Source: Octopus bimaculoides
Taxonomy: Eukaryota
NCBI RefSeq assembly: GCF_001194135.2
Contig: NC_068981.1
Location: forward strand, 140,111,403-140,175,402
DNA length: 64,000 nucleotides
Direction of reading: 5' to 3'
Shown here: piece after piece, positions 12,977 through 25,800 of the stretch
Layout of the letters: the number at the start of each line of letters is the position of its first letter
Position numbering within the stretch: the stretch's first letter is position 1
The notes under the pieces: generated by a model
Told to the model about the DNA's origin: nothing
The model's input: only the letters and a program-made list of their open reading frames with translations
Databases searched by the model: none
Position numbers and translations under genes: made by a program

Positions 12977-12980
<4 letters not shown>
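12590..12980 (+). mobile_element. 5'-truncated R4/Dong-like LINE: RLE C-terminus plus 3' UTR, embedded in (TAA)n
   Basis: [53 protein letters not shown]...QKIARLGTAHILRKTLSIQ* (stop at 12880-12882), then a ~100-bp UTR ending in TAA repeats. Confidence 0.92.
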
Positions 12981-13050
<70 letters not shown>

Positions 13051-13052
<2 letters not shown>

Positions 13053-13150
13053 GCAAACCACAGCACATACCCATGGCACACAGAGCTGCGCTCGGTGGTG
13101 AACTAAAAGCACGTTATAAAAATAAAACTACTGAACAATAATAATAATAA
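13051..13150 (+). mobile_element. Second copy of the same R4/Dong-like 3' UTR end, followed by (TAA)n
   Basis: cagcaaaccacagcacataccc...gagctgcgc...aaagcacgttataaaaataaaactactga repeats 12896-12980 with several substitutions. Confidence 0.9.
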
Positions 13151-13169
13151 TACTCCGAGAGTGTAGTGA

Positions 13170-13369
13170 GTGCTTTTACGTGCCACCGGCACGAGGGCCA
13201 CTCAGGCGGTACTGGCAACGGTCACGCTCAAATGGTGTTTTTTACGTGCCACATTCACAGGAGCCTGTCAGGCGGCACTGGCAACGACCTCGCTCGAATG
13301 TTTTTTCATGTGCCACCAGCACGAATACCAGTAAGGCAACGCTGGTAACGATCACGCTCAAATGGTGCT
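13170..13369. repeat. Three diverged ~63-68-bp GC-rich tandem units
   Basis: Units share ttttacgtgccac...caggcggyactggcaacg...cgctcraatg (starts near 13172, 13237, 13300). Confidence 0.85.
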
Positions 13370-13379
13370 GACTTACGAA

Positions 13380-14195
13380 AGTTTTAACATCCTCTCCTTC
13401 GAAATAGTCACCTTGCACGGCAGTACATCGGTCCCAGCGTTCCTGTCACTTTTGGAATCCGGCATGGAAATCGTTTTCCGTAAGCGACTCCAGGACCGTC
13501 TGTAATGCGCTCTTGACCTCGATAACGGTGTTAAATGGGTGACCATTGAGTTACATTTTCATCATGGAGAAGAAATTGAAGCCCGCCGGTGCTGAATTTT
13601 GCGAATAGGGCGGGTGTGGAAGCGATACAATTCTTTTGACAAGAAACTAACGAGTGAGGAGAGCTCGGTGACAGGGTGCATTGTTGTCTTGAAGAATCCA
13701 GATCTTTGTGCTCCACAGATCTGGTTGCTTTCGCCAAATATCCTCCCTCAAACGCTTCAAAACATTGCTGTAGAACTCTCGATTGGCAGTTTGCCCCTGG
13801 GGGATTAATTCTCAACGCACAATACCGCGGATGTCAAAACAATGTTTAGTGTGTTCGGTTGAGCTGCAACTCTGCTGTGCCCCACTGGTCGTGGAGATGA
13901 AGGGCTTTTCCGTTGTGGCGACTCAATGTCTCTGTAACAGATTTCCCAACTTCAACGCCAAATTTTACGTTGCCTTTTTGTTCCCACTTCCTGTCCCTGA
14001 AAAATATGGCAGATTACAGCATACACATGATCACAAAAACACAAATTACACAATTTACGAAGTAAACACAGCAATGTCACTCGGCACACTGCCTCATGAA
14101 GTTCACTGCTAGCCCTCACTGCACACGCAAACTTTTGCAGCCATCTTTTGGCGCTCTACAGGAGGCGACCGGGAACTTTTTGATACCGCCTTGTA
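13380..14195 (-). mobile_element. Internally deleted mariner (Tc1/mariner) transposon remnant with one TIR
   Basis: Minus translation ...VLKRLREDIWRKQPDLW...LQDNNAPCHRALL...LPHPPYSQNSAPAGFNFF...GFQK*QERWDRCTAVQGDYFEG matches the mariner catalytic C-terminus; terminal TA|CAAGGCGGTATCAAAAAGTTCCCGG at 14169-14195. Confidence 0.9.
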
Positions 14196-14254
14196 TATAT
14201 ATATAAGTGTATGAGTGTATCNNNNNNNNNNNNNNNNNNNNNNNNNNNNNNNNN

Positions 14255-14407
14255 TACATATTTATGTATATTTCAAGTCACTCATTGGGTTATTGGTATA
14301 GGTAATCAGTTGCAACAAGTTGTGACGAATAACAAATGAAACTTGTTGCACCTGATTACCTATTACCAATAACCCAATGAGTGACTTGAAATATACATAA
14401 ATATGCA
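14255..14407. repeat. Near-perfect fold-back (~66-bp arms, ~18-nt loop)
   Basis: 14255-14321 is the reverse complement of 14340-14407 with about two mismatches and one indel. Confidence 0.92.
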
Positions 14408-16169
14408 AGTGTACGCATATATATATATATATATATATATAGATATATATATCTGCCAAATTACCAAATTATGTTATAAGGATAACATATATCCAACAAT
14501 ACCTCACCGCGATGTCATTATACTCAGCTCGGTGAATAAGCACCTTGAAAGACCGCTATGGATTATAGGTTGATCCCTGCTATTTACCTGTGGTTAAGGT
14601 AGTATTCCGAAGTCACCCACACAAAATAGTATTCTGTAGATCGAATAACTGTAACACTGGATCTCCAATAGTTTATAACAATGAACTTTGCTTCTCTTTG
14701 GTAATTTGGCAAACTAACAATGTCTCTTTGTTAGTGTTATCTTAAATGTTACCCATGCAACGGGTGCTACAAAGTTGTCGGTTTGTGACGCATTACAAAA
14801 ACGCTGACCATACTCACAATCAGATTTGAATGGCGTATCGGAGCATGTTTCAAGTGAGTGTCATTCTAGACAGCATCATGCATGTGACCTTCGATCGTTC
14901 TTTCGATTATGTGCCCCTATTCACGATGGAGTATGTAGTCTGGAGTCAAACTTTGTACACGTCTCTATATTGAATGCTTTGAGTTGTGGCTGACTTGGGG
15001 CAGTGTCAAACAATTAGCTTCTCAGGAGCGGTTATTCATCTTCAGGTATATCTGCGACTTACAATAGAGCAGTCAGAGGAAAATTGCGGCCTTCTGGATA
15101 TTTTAATGGCACGCTTTTAGAAAAGTTACCTTGAATGTTTGTTTTAGTATGAAGCCAGACTGTTTCCAAGTCATGTCCCATATGGCCCGCTTCTCAAAAA
15201 GTTGCCCATACCTGTTTCAGGGTATGCTCTTTACTGAGTATCCGAAGACGCCAGACTGAATTTTGAGGTGACATAAATACATACACATACATACATGCAT
15301 GCATATGTACATATAATCACACATAAAAATACATGGTTACATATATATCCTTGTGTGTGTGCATATACGCGAATATATATGCATATGTTTGTACACACAC
15401 ATACACGTGTATGTGTGTGTGTACATATAACTCTATACATAAACATATATGCAAAAATTTATAGCCGTTTGCGATAAACAATATGCGCCTAACATTGCAG
15501 CAATATATCATACAGTATTTCCCTCCTGGAGACGATAAAAGGCTAGATACGGCTTTCTGATATTCTATCTCACTTATTCATTCGTAATTCTCTGGCAGAA
15601 AAATCAATTATATTAATTTAATTTCCATTTCTCAACTCATTTTGTTATTCCATTCTATTTTCTGCTTAGCCTGTTATTTATATTTGTTTCAAAATTAGTT
15701 ATGGAAAACTAGCTACTGATAACGTTATGCAAATACTATAAAACTTAGGATTTGAACAAACTATTTTCTGACGAATATTTATATTTGCACAAAAATATTT
15801 TTATTCGCACATATATTGTATTTGCATAATACCATTTTGTGAAGAATATTTTTGAAATACATTACACAACCATCCTACATTTTTTCTGTTTTATAGTATA
15901 TGCATTTGTTGAATAATCCCGTCATTATTTATAAATTTTCGATGGAACAATTATCAGTTAATTGTTATTTCCGAAGGTGAGAATGACAAGGATGTTTGTA
16001 TCACTAGTACTGAGTATATCCAACGTATTTTTATGTATTACGTCGTTTATTCGGTAAATGTTTGATTATTTACAGGTACATCACCGATTTTACAGTATCC
16101 TTGGTTCTAAAACCTCGATGGATTAATCGTTTTACCTGATCATCTGCAGTCCGTGGTTACCTCATAATG

Positions 16170-16350
16170 GTTTCGAATTTTGGCACAAAGCCAGCATTTT
16201 GGGGAGGGTTTCGCTGGTACTTATTTTATCGTTCTCGAGGGATGAAAGGCAAAGTCGACCACGGCAATATTTGAAGTCAAAACGAAAAAGCGGACGATCA
16301 TGCCGCTAAACATTTTGCCCAGTGTGGTAAGTATTCTGCCAGCTCGCCAC
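16170..16350 (-). mobile_element. tRNA-type SINE copy with internal deletion
   Basis: ggatgaaaggcaaagtcgacc...atttgaagtcaaaacg...ccgctaaacattttgcc...attctgccagctcgcc is the reverse complement of the family sequence. Confidence 0.8.
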
Positions 16351-16789
16351 ATTCGTGGGCACCTAACAATAATTCATCAAAATATTTCTGACCTATTAAT
16401 TATATACCACCCATGCGCTAGAGTACCATGAACATTATAATTTTATCTTCCATCTATGTGAACTGATGTTTAAAGCTTGACTTCTACTTACACTCTCAGC
16501 CCTGTTACTTGTAGCTACGGTTATCTTTCATTAAAAAAAAAGCAGAGGGTCTCTTATATGTAAACACAAGGTAAACAATCTGCGGTCGTGCTGTGAACTA
16601 GAGTGGTAGTGTCTGGAATTTCAATTTTCACCTCGTAATTTATCCAGATTAAAGATGTCGGACCATCAGTTATTAAAACTCGTTGGCTGATGTACGTGTA
16701 TAAGAATTCATACTCACATGCTCGTACCCCCACCTCACACACGCACACAAGTGTACTAGTACTGGGCGTTTGTAGATATGATCAACCCA

Positions 16790-17890
16790 GCTTCAGATAA
16801 ATGTCCTTTAAAGAAATCAAGTGTTAAACGTTCCATGCTACGTCAAGTTTCATACTCTGATAGTACAGTAACCTGATGGGCCAACGTAGTGCATTGTTCA
16901 ATTTGATTAAGCCCGTATGATATTGCTACACGGAAGACATGGTCTTTTATGTGAGGGAACGTGAAAATAAAACAAGAAAAGTTTTAGTAAAATATTTATA
17001 GTGCCGCTTTAGTCCGTTAAATGAAGAATCTTGGTAATTTTGCGTGTTTACCTGTGAAAAAAAATATCTACACCTAAATGGGTTAGCCGAATATGGAAAA
17101 ATAAGGCCAATTTGCGTTAAAAAGGGTGTATAATCCGATGATGGGGTGCTTTCAAGTTCGGCAACAGGAACCTGTTGAGAGAGATACAACTTGTAAAACT
17201 CTCTAATTTCGGGTTTAGAAGGTCAATGCAGTTCTTCGATTTCATAAGAAAATGGGTTCTTTCGGTTGCACTGAGCATACACTGTTTTGATTCATTAATG
17301 TATGTCTTAGATCTCACTATGCTGCTTCACTTGATGGTATGTACTGTGGCTCGCTAACACTGTACTTTTCTTTTTCTCTGCGTGCTTGAAGAAAGAATGG
17401 CGATTGACGTAATTGTTTCTGAAGTCTCTTTTTGTCGTACATAAGATCAGATTGAAGTTCATTTCGGTCATATACTCCCTTAATGACTTTCTGGAATTTA
17501 GAATACTCTAGAAAGATTGCTATTTGACCATGGTCGGGGCATATTACATACCTTAGTGCACCTAGTACAGTTCCCCATAGTACATTATATATGCTTTTAA
17601 CTTTTCTTGAGTAAATTCCATTGATGACAACATGATGGATTGTCGTTGTCAAGAAACATTTAATCAACTGCAGCAGCGTACCACTGGCGACGATGTTGGC
17701 TAAAATCCCAAGCAATACCTTGTAATCGACTCTATCAAAAGTGTTATTTAAGTCAAGGTAAATGACGTATTTGCTGAAAGATCTTTCGCAAAGCATTTAG
17801 AATGCTATCAGTGATGGAAGTCCTATGTTAGGGGACCAGGAAAACCATGTTAATTGGAATAAAGGAGTTGGTTTTTCTGAAGGAAGGCAG
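16790..17890 (-). mobile_element. Decayed CR1/L2/Jockey-type LINE reverse transcriptase fragment
   Basis: Minus translation HGF..., VIYLDLNNTFDRVDYKVLL.IL...GTLLQLIKCFL...HVVING.YS...WGTVLG matches RT motifs IYLDFxKAFDxV and GVPQGSVLGP; many disablements. Confidence 0.8.
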
Positions 17891-18435
17891 TTATGTTTGA
17901 TCTCTCTCCGCTCTCAAATACTTAAACGACACGTACGTTTAGTGTGACCGATTTCATACATATATGCATTCAGACATGTTAGCTGTCAACTCGTACACGA
18001 TTATGACCAGCACTGACAAATTATCTTATTCTAGATATTAAAGATAATATCGAGAATAAAATATTGCTGTTAGTAATGTCTGTGCTTAACTTTAAAAATC
18101 AATAACAGCTTCTGCAACACTGCTAAGACTCACCCAGAAAGCCAAGTAATCCAGAAACAAAGAAGAGGAAGATTTCAGGCTACGCAATGAAACGGGTATT
18201 ATTTTGACATTTCCTTCTCATTGTGTGATAGTTAAACAAAAACTGGGGGTTCCATTGCTAGCTGTTGGATGGCCGTTGACTCTACTGTTTCCGTCTTGCA
18301 AGGTGTCTAACGAAACCCATCCTCCATACCAAGCAGGCTTCGTAGGGTCACTGGTTTAGTCACCAACGGCCCCGACCATGCGACATGTATTCGGTTACAT
18401 ATTATCAGCAGCACTAAATGTGACCTGGCATTCAT

Positions 18436-18603
<168 letters not shown>

Positions 18604-18661
18604 TTTGTTTCGAAATTGTGCGAATGCGCAGAGTAATATATTAGTTGTATAAAGTTAAAAC

Positions 18662-19465
18662 AGTTCGGTTTTCACGTTTTTTTTGTGGTATGTTAACAAA
18701 ATTAGCGCTTTGATACATAGTGTACTTATGAGATTTCAAATGTATTTAACTGACATTTGAGTTCTTAACAGCTTCAGTACGTCTTAGAACGTTCCAACCA
18801 ACTGAATGTTTAGAATATCTAATGATAACAGATATGGAACGTGTCAATACATGCATACGGCTAGATCCATTAGAACGAAGAATGCACAGATTTTCGCAAA
18901 TGCAGATGTGAACTGCAAAAGCAGAAATTTGATCAGCTGCATTAAATGCCCGAATTGCGAGGAATTATATATAGGTGAGAAGGGAATGCATTACCTGAAC
19001 GCTCACGAGTCCACAGACAACAAATCTGGAACACCAATATTCGCCAAATTTCAATGAGCGAACATATAGAGACATGTGGTCAGAAAATGCTTCTAATATT
19101 TCCATTCCACAAACTAGATGACGGAAGTGAGGTTGAAAGAAAGATAAAAGGAAAACGGTTTATTAAAATGCTCAAACACGCTCTGAACGGAAATAACAGT
19201 AATAATATAACAACCAGTTAATGATGTGGATTGATAGATATAACTAAGTTACAGAATATCGTTACGCCTGGCAAACCGTGATGTTTCAGAGCATGCAGAT
19301 TGATCAGAAATGTATCCTAAAAATTCAGCTGGTTGGAGCGTTCTAAAAGGTAATAAAGTTGTCAAGAACTCAACTGTCAGTTAATCATATCTGAAATCTC
19401 ATGAGTAAACTATGTATGAAAGAGCTAATTTTGTTAAAATGCTATAATACAAAGCACGAAAACCA
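18662..19465 (+). mobile_element. Heavily 5'-truncated PLE (GIY-YIG only) with inverted pseudo-LTR copy at the truncation point
   Basis: ...GTCQYM...NCKSRNLISCIKCPNCEELYIGE...RSRVHRQQI...RQISMSEHIETCG...; 18662-18806 is an inverted diverged copy of 19323-19465. Confidence 0.85.
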
Positions 19466-19516
19466 GACTACGTTCTTACTTTATTCAACTAATATATATA
19501 TATATATATGTTTATA

Positions 19517-19547
<31 letters not shown>

Positions 19548-20150
19548 NNNNNNNNNNNNNNNNNNNNNNNNNNNNNNNNNNNNNNNNNNNNNNNNNNNNN
19601 NNNNNNNNNNNNNNNNNNNNNNNNNNNNNNNNNNNNNNNNNNNNNNNNNNNNNNNNNNNNNNNNNNNNNNNNNNNNNNNNNNNNNNNNNNNNNNNNNNNN
19701 NNNNNNNNNNNNNNNNNNNNNNNNNNNNNNNNNNNNNNNNNNNNNNNNNNNNNNNNNNNNNNNNNNNNNNNNNNNNNNNNNNNNNNNNNNNNNNNNNNNN
19801 NNNNNNNNNNNNNNNNNNNNNNNNNNNNNNNNNNNNNNNNNNNNNNNNNNNNNNNNNNNNNNNNNNNNNNNNNNNNNNNNNNNNNNNNNNNNNNNNNNNN
19901 NNNNNNNNNNNNNNNNNNNNNNNNNNNNNNNNNNNNNNNNNNNNNNNNNNNNNNNNNNNNNNNNNNNNNNNNNNNNNNNNNNNNNNNNNNNNNNNNNNNN
20001 NNNNNNNNNNNNNNNNNNNNNNNNNNNNNNNNNNNNNNNNNNNNNNNNNNNNNNNNNNNNNNNNNNNNNNNNNNNNNNNNNNNNNNNNNNNNNNNNNNNN
20101 NNNNNNCTACACGCACACACACACACACACACACATAAACACACATACAC

Positions 20151-20210
<60 letters not shown>

Positions 20211-20211
20211 G

Positions 20212-20930
20212 TAGCAACCCAGACCACTGAAAAGGCTACTGACAAATGCAAAAGCTATACATAACAACACCGAAACCAATAATAAAAAAAATGCTTACGT
20301 CCAAGCTGTGGAACATGCCATAACACAACTTGAAGGTTCAGAATTCCACTTCAAACAAGGAGAAAGGTTCACTGTTAAAATCAACTACACTTGTGCAACT
20401 AAGAATCTAATTTACGTTATATCTTATTAACGTTGTGGATACACATATATAGGACAGACAAGTAAGTCACTCAGACGGAGAATCACACTGCATAAGGAAC
20501 ATATCCATTTCCCAAGGTATAGACAGATGCCTTTACGTGAATACATAGGGATATGTGCTGGGAGTCTCCAAACAATTTTATGGTCTTCTCCATCTACCAG
20601 CGCAAGGGAATACTTTCTGTAAACGTACGCTTAAATGAAGAAAATATATGCATCGAAAAATACAGAACACGCCTAAACATGAACGCATAACCAATTTTGG
20701 TCTCAGTATATACTCTAATTCATGATCGCATATCCATCACAACATATTTCATCTCTCTACTTAAGCTCATGTTATGTTAATATTCCCCACTTCAAAAAAT
20801 GATTAATTACCTCCCCTGTCCGGAATAATGACATTCACCCCTTACCTCTCTTACATTTTCTACTTACCGTTTCATTCACAAACGTTCATACATGAACAAG
20901 GACTCAAAACGTCTTAAGAAAATACAGAAT
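20212..20930 (+). mobile_element. PLE 3' fragment (linker + GIY-YIG endonuclease + 3' tail)
   Basis: QPRPLKRLLTNAK...RPSCGTC...FHFKQGERFTVKINYTCATKNLIYVISY*RCGYTYIGQTSKSLRRRITLHKEHI..PRYRQMPL; homologous to the 4.5-4.9 kb segment. Confidence 0.85.
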
Positions 20931-21406
20931 CTCAATAATTTCAATGTCATGATTAGCAAACCGCGAGACCGGTCGACTACCACAATACTGTATCATTCGA
21001 AATATATTAAGACTATGTAAACTGTATGCTGATATTTTGTTAAACTGTGGTATGCCCAAATTTGGCCAAATGCGTTTGTTTTCCATATTTAATTTTGCTT
21101 GCAATAGCCGTTTTTTTCGTTGAACTATCGTATCTCCAGCTGCTTCAGATGCCAACATGAAAATTGTCAGAGTGTAGTACAAAGGTTTAGCATTTTTCAA
21201 AATTATAGTAAGTCACACATAGACAGTTTTGAAAGAGTATTTCTAACTGAAAATATCATACATGCACAGAGTTATGTTTTTATGCATCCAATAAAGTATT
21301 ATTGCCTAGCTGAAAGTGTTGTTAATGTAAAAAGAAATGGAATGCGAAACCATTATTTTTTCGTTTTCTGGAAAAAGCTTCGTTTTGGACTTACGACACA
21401 TTACCA

Positions 21407-21458
<52 letters not shown>

Positions 21459-21759
21459 TTTTATTTGCTTCAGCCATTTGAGTACCACCTTAATGGTATT
21501 TTAATCACAGAAATCGACCCCATTCATTGTAAGCCTAGTATCTATTCTGTTGCTCTCTTTTGCCGAACCGCTAATCTACGGAGACCTAAACATACCAACA
21601 TCGTTTCCCAAGCGATGGGGGTGGGGAGAAACACAAACACATGCACACACGCACACACACACACACATATGTATATATATATATATGTGTATATATAAAA
21701 TATATCTATATAAATGTTTTTCCTGTTTAATTATAAAAATAATTTTCTTTTATCTGATG

Positions 21760-23150
21760 GGATAATCTATAGTTGTGTAGAGTACAAATTTATTCGTCTC
21801 ATACAAGAATATTGTAGACTATCCGAACCTTCGAATTTACTGTCAACAGTATTCTTGTATAAGAATACTATATATTATCGCGTCTTCTACACACATTTTA
21901 ACTCTGAAATTCCACTCATAAGGCACTTGTCACCTCAAATCTGCTATGGAATTGAACTGACAAATGATTACGCAGTACCATGAATTACGAGATTACTTTG
22001 TAAAGTTGCAAACATCTTAATTACATCATTAGTCACATTGTCATATTTTGTATAACATTGCAGCGGGTCACTCCCTGGGCTATGACATTACAGTCTTAAA
22101 CAATATCTGATAGATATATCAACGTCATTTCATACTCTAAATATACAACCGAACCCTACGTCTATGTATATTAAACCTAAGTAGCTATGCACTGAAGTAA
22201 CGTTTCATATATTTATCAAACAGACGTCTGTTTTGATGTTTGTAGCATCATTTAAAATTGTGCTGCTGTTGTTCCAAGTTGCATACTCTTATGCGAAATC
22301 ATTGAGAGAGTTATTATGCGGTATTGAGATTAAGTTAAAATTTCTCACTTGTTAAAAATGGTTGAAATTGTACAAGGCTTTCGAAAGTTATATTAAGCAT
22401 TGATTTTTCCCATACAACCGAAATACATGGTCCTTACAATAATTATTAATTGTAAAATAGTAAAATGCAAACTCAGCTCAGCAGTTTTTAAAATTTGACT
22501 GAACGTTTATCTTCCCGCATTTGTGTTCTTAATATCCTACTCTTGTGTATATCTCGGACTTCTTGTGTCACGTGTTTGTATATAATCACTGCCTTGGAGA
22601 CAACTGACAAAACTTCATTGCACTGACGCAGCTTCAATAATCGTATGCATTTCCCCATAGGTCTATATAATTTGTCTTATTTCCCTCAAAATCTACTATA
22701 TTAAAATGAATTTCGCACTAACTGGCTGCTTCGATTCTCAAGTAATGTTCTATGTATTGCCACTTTAACTTTCCCTGGCATCATCTTGGATATTCTACGT
22801 AAGCTTAAGGCTACAACAGTAATTGAATATATTGGTGATGGGATAGGTGTATATAATGTTGATCGTTATATACTCAACAGGCAGAATCCTGTAACCGCAA
22901 TTTGGATTTCGTGTCGTCGCAATTTCAAAATCGCTTATAACACTAACACATTTTAAGAAATGTAGTCTACGTCACATGCTCCCATTTCTTCTCTCCTGAA
23001 AACCTAATTATTGTGCTGATGTTTGTGGTCAGCATAGAAAGCAATTAATTTCTTCCGCACCCTTCCTGTTTAAATATCCGTTCTTAGAAACTATTGAACT
23101 ACACGTACGCTGCTACACATTTCGTAAAGGGAAGTATATTAGCCTAACAA
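21760..23150 (-). mobile_element. Possible extremely decayed Helitron Pif1-helicase region
   Basis: Scattered fragments in the expected order (IQIAVTGF; SKMMPGK.KVAIHRTL; RQII..IIEA; TV..K..G..SL..TQL*I); every motif is damaged. Confidence 0.3.
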
Positions 23151-23387
23151 ACATATCATACAACCTAGTCAGAAAAAAACTAAACACTAATATTTTTAGT
23201 AGCAAAATCATTAAACATATTACATAAGCGACTGGCAGATATTTTCAAAATGTTCATACACATTATTATGCATTGCATGCATTATCTGGGAGGCATTTAA
23301 TGCATATCAATAACTGGAATAATTAATTTGGAAATAAATGACGCTTCTCCAACAACACAACTTAACTGTAGCGAATGGGTGAATATA

Positions 23388-23434
<47 letters not shown>

Positions 23435-25045
23435 NNNNNNNNNNNNNNNNNNNNNNNNNNNNNNNNNNNNNNNNNNNNNNNNNNNNNNNNNNNNNNNNNN
23501 NNNNNNNNNNNNNNNNNNNNNNNNNNNNNNNNNNNNNNNNNNNNNNNNNNNNNNNNNNNNNNNNNNNNNNNNNNNNNNNNNNNNNNNNNNNNNNNNNNNN
23601 NNNNNNNNNNNNNNNNNNNNNNNNNNNNNNNNNNNNNNNNNNNNNNNNNNNNNNNNNNNNNNNNNNNNNNNNNNNNNNNNNNNNNNNNNNNNNNNNNNNN
23701 NNNNNNNNNNNNNNNNNNNNNNNNNNNNNNNNNNNNNNNNNNNNNNNNNNNNNNNNNNNNNNNNNNNNNNNNNNNNNNNNNNNNNNNNNNNNNNNNNNNN
23801 NNNNNNNNNNNNNNNNNNNNNNNNNNNNNNNNNNNNNNNNNNNNNNNNNNNNNNNNNNNNNNNNNNNNNNNNNNNNNNNNNNNNNNNNNNNNNNNNNNNN
23901 NNNNNNNNNNNNNNNNNNNNNNNNNNNNNNNNNNNNNNNNNNNNNNNNNNNNNNNNNNNNNNNNNNNNNNNNNNNNNNNNNNNNNNNNNNNNNNNNNNNN
24001 NNNNNNNNNNNNNNNNNNNNNNNNNNNNNNNNNNNNNNNNNNNNNNNNNNNNNNNNNNNNNNNNNNNNNNNNNNNNNNNNNNNNNNNNNNNNNNNNNNNN
24101 NNNNNNNNNNNNNNNNNNNNNNNNNNNNNNNNNNNNNNNNNNNNNNNNNNNNNNNNNNNNTATATATATATATATATATATATATGGATGTATGTATATA
24201 TTTCTTCAACTCCATTTATTTACATTAGTAATGTTGTCGGGGAAAAGAAAAGCGACAGACCAGCCATTCAATCTGATATATTCTTCTTTACATATCCGGC
24301 AATGTGGCTCCTCTTTCAATAAAGGCTAACTGAATGAAGAGTTAATAATCACCTGTAAACATGTGCTTAAAAGTTCCATTATATGGACGTTTTGTTCCAA
24401 GAGTTATTTATTCAAGGGATACTAAACACTTTTCATAAAGTTATTTATTCACTCATACACTCTTTAAGTCTCTAATATTTCACATTTCCAACTGAACATT
24501 AATGCGGTAATAACTACTGCACTTAGAAAACATTTCGTATTTTTAAATCTTTCATATTTAAACATCTCAACATTGCAATTAGGTGTCTGGCGTTAATGAA
24601 ACCAATTCTAATCTTTGACAAAATCTTATTATATTTTATTATATTATTAGACGTGATTCAAGAAAAAAATTATTTAACTATTGTATTAATCAGATGTTGC
24701 TAGGGATATTTGATATTTTGTGAATCAAATTTAATTGAAATAATGCAAGCAGCTAAAGCGGGTGAATACCTTGTTAAATTTGATTTTTTTTCTTTTTAAA
24801 TATAAAACAAGACAGGTGTCTAAGTTCAGATGAGTTAAAGTATAAAATAATGATGAATATATAAGTATACATATTTAATTCTTGATGACGTAAATGTACA
24901 TTCTACTTTGAAATTTAACTCAATCTTTAATATTCAACTTCCTTTTAAATCTCGTTTACATATGCATTCGCAATTCTTTTTTCTATTTCTACATCTCACA
25001 TCTTTAATCACAGGAATATCTGTACCTGTATGTATGTATTATGTA

Positions 25046-25081
<36 letters not shown>

Positions 25082-25305
25082 TGTATGTGTGTATGTATAT
25101 GTATGTCGGTGGGTGGGTGGTCGTGCGCGTGTTTGTGCGTGCGTGTGTGTGCGTGTATGTGTGTGTGTGTTCCTGTGTGCGTGTGTGTGTGTGTATTAAA
25201 ATGTGTGAAAGTGTGTACAAGCCATTAGAAATCATGCACCTTGCGCGAATATTAAAATTGTAGCTGTAGGATGTGCATTCTAGTATATGAAATACATTAA
25301 CATCA

Positions 25306-25308
25306 TGT

Positions 25309-25350
<42 letters not shown>

Positions 25351-25448
25351 CACCACCACCACCACTACTACTACTACTACAACTAGTACTACTACTACTA
25401 CTACTACTGCTGCTGCTGTTGCTGTTGCTACTACTACTACTACTACTA
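25306..25448. repeat. Compound trinucleotide microsatellite (CTA)n/(CCA)n/(CTG)n
   Basis: Direct reading. Confidence 0.95.
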
Positions 25449-25619
25449 TTTGATCTGTTGATATCACTACAATACTTCCTATTACTATACGTCTGCATCA
25501 CCTCATAAAGTTGGGATGATCAAACATTGAATACCTTTTATGATAAGATGGAATTTGACCTCGAGTCTAAACAAAATCAACACCGACTACTAATTATAAG
25601 CCCATTTAGTTCATGCTAT

Positions 25620-25647
25620 AAATAACAACAACAACAACAACAACAAC

Positions 25648-25709
<62 letters not shown>

Positions 25710-25720
25710 TAATATTGATG

Positions 25721-25765
<45 letters not shown>

Positions 25766-25800
25766 TTAATAATATTAATAGTAATAATAATAATAATAAC
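25620..25800. repeat. (AAC)n/(AAT)n microsatellite
   Basis: Direct reading. Confidence 0.95.

Noticed and set aside
13170-13369. CRISPR-like appearance of the tandem units (also considered for 51038-51124)
   Set aside because: No unique spacers between conserved repeats, no cas genes, and a eukaryotic context.
19400-19475. Hammerhead-like spacing in the second PLE's pLTR (atgaaagagc...gcacgaaaacc)
   Set aside because: The CUGANGA core is altered and stems I and III cannot be paired; at most an eroded relic.
20888-20915. catgaacaaggactcaaaacgtc resembling a PLE hammerhead core
   Set aside because: Both core motifs are mutated and there is no convincing stem I.
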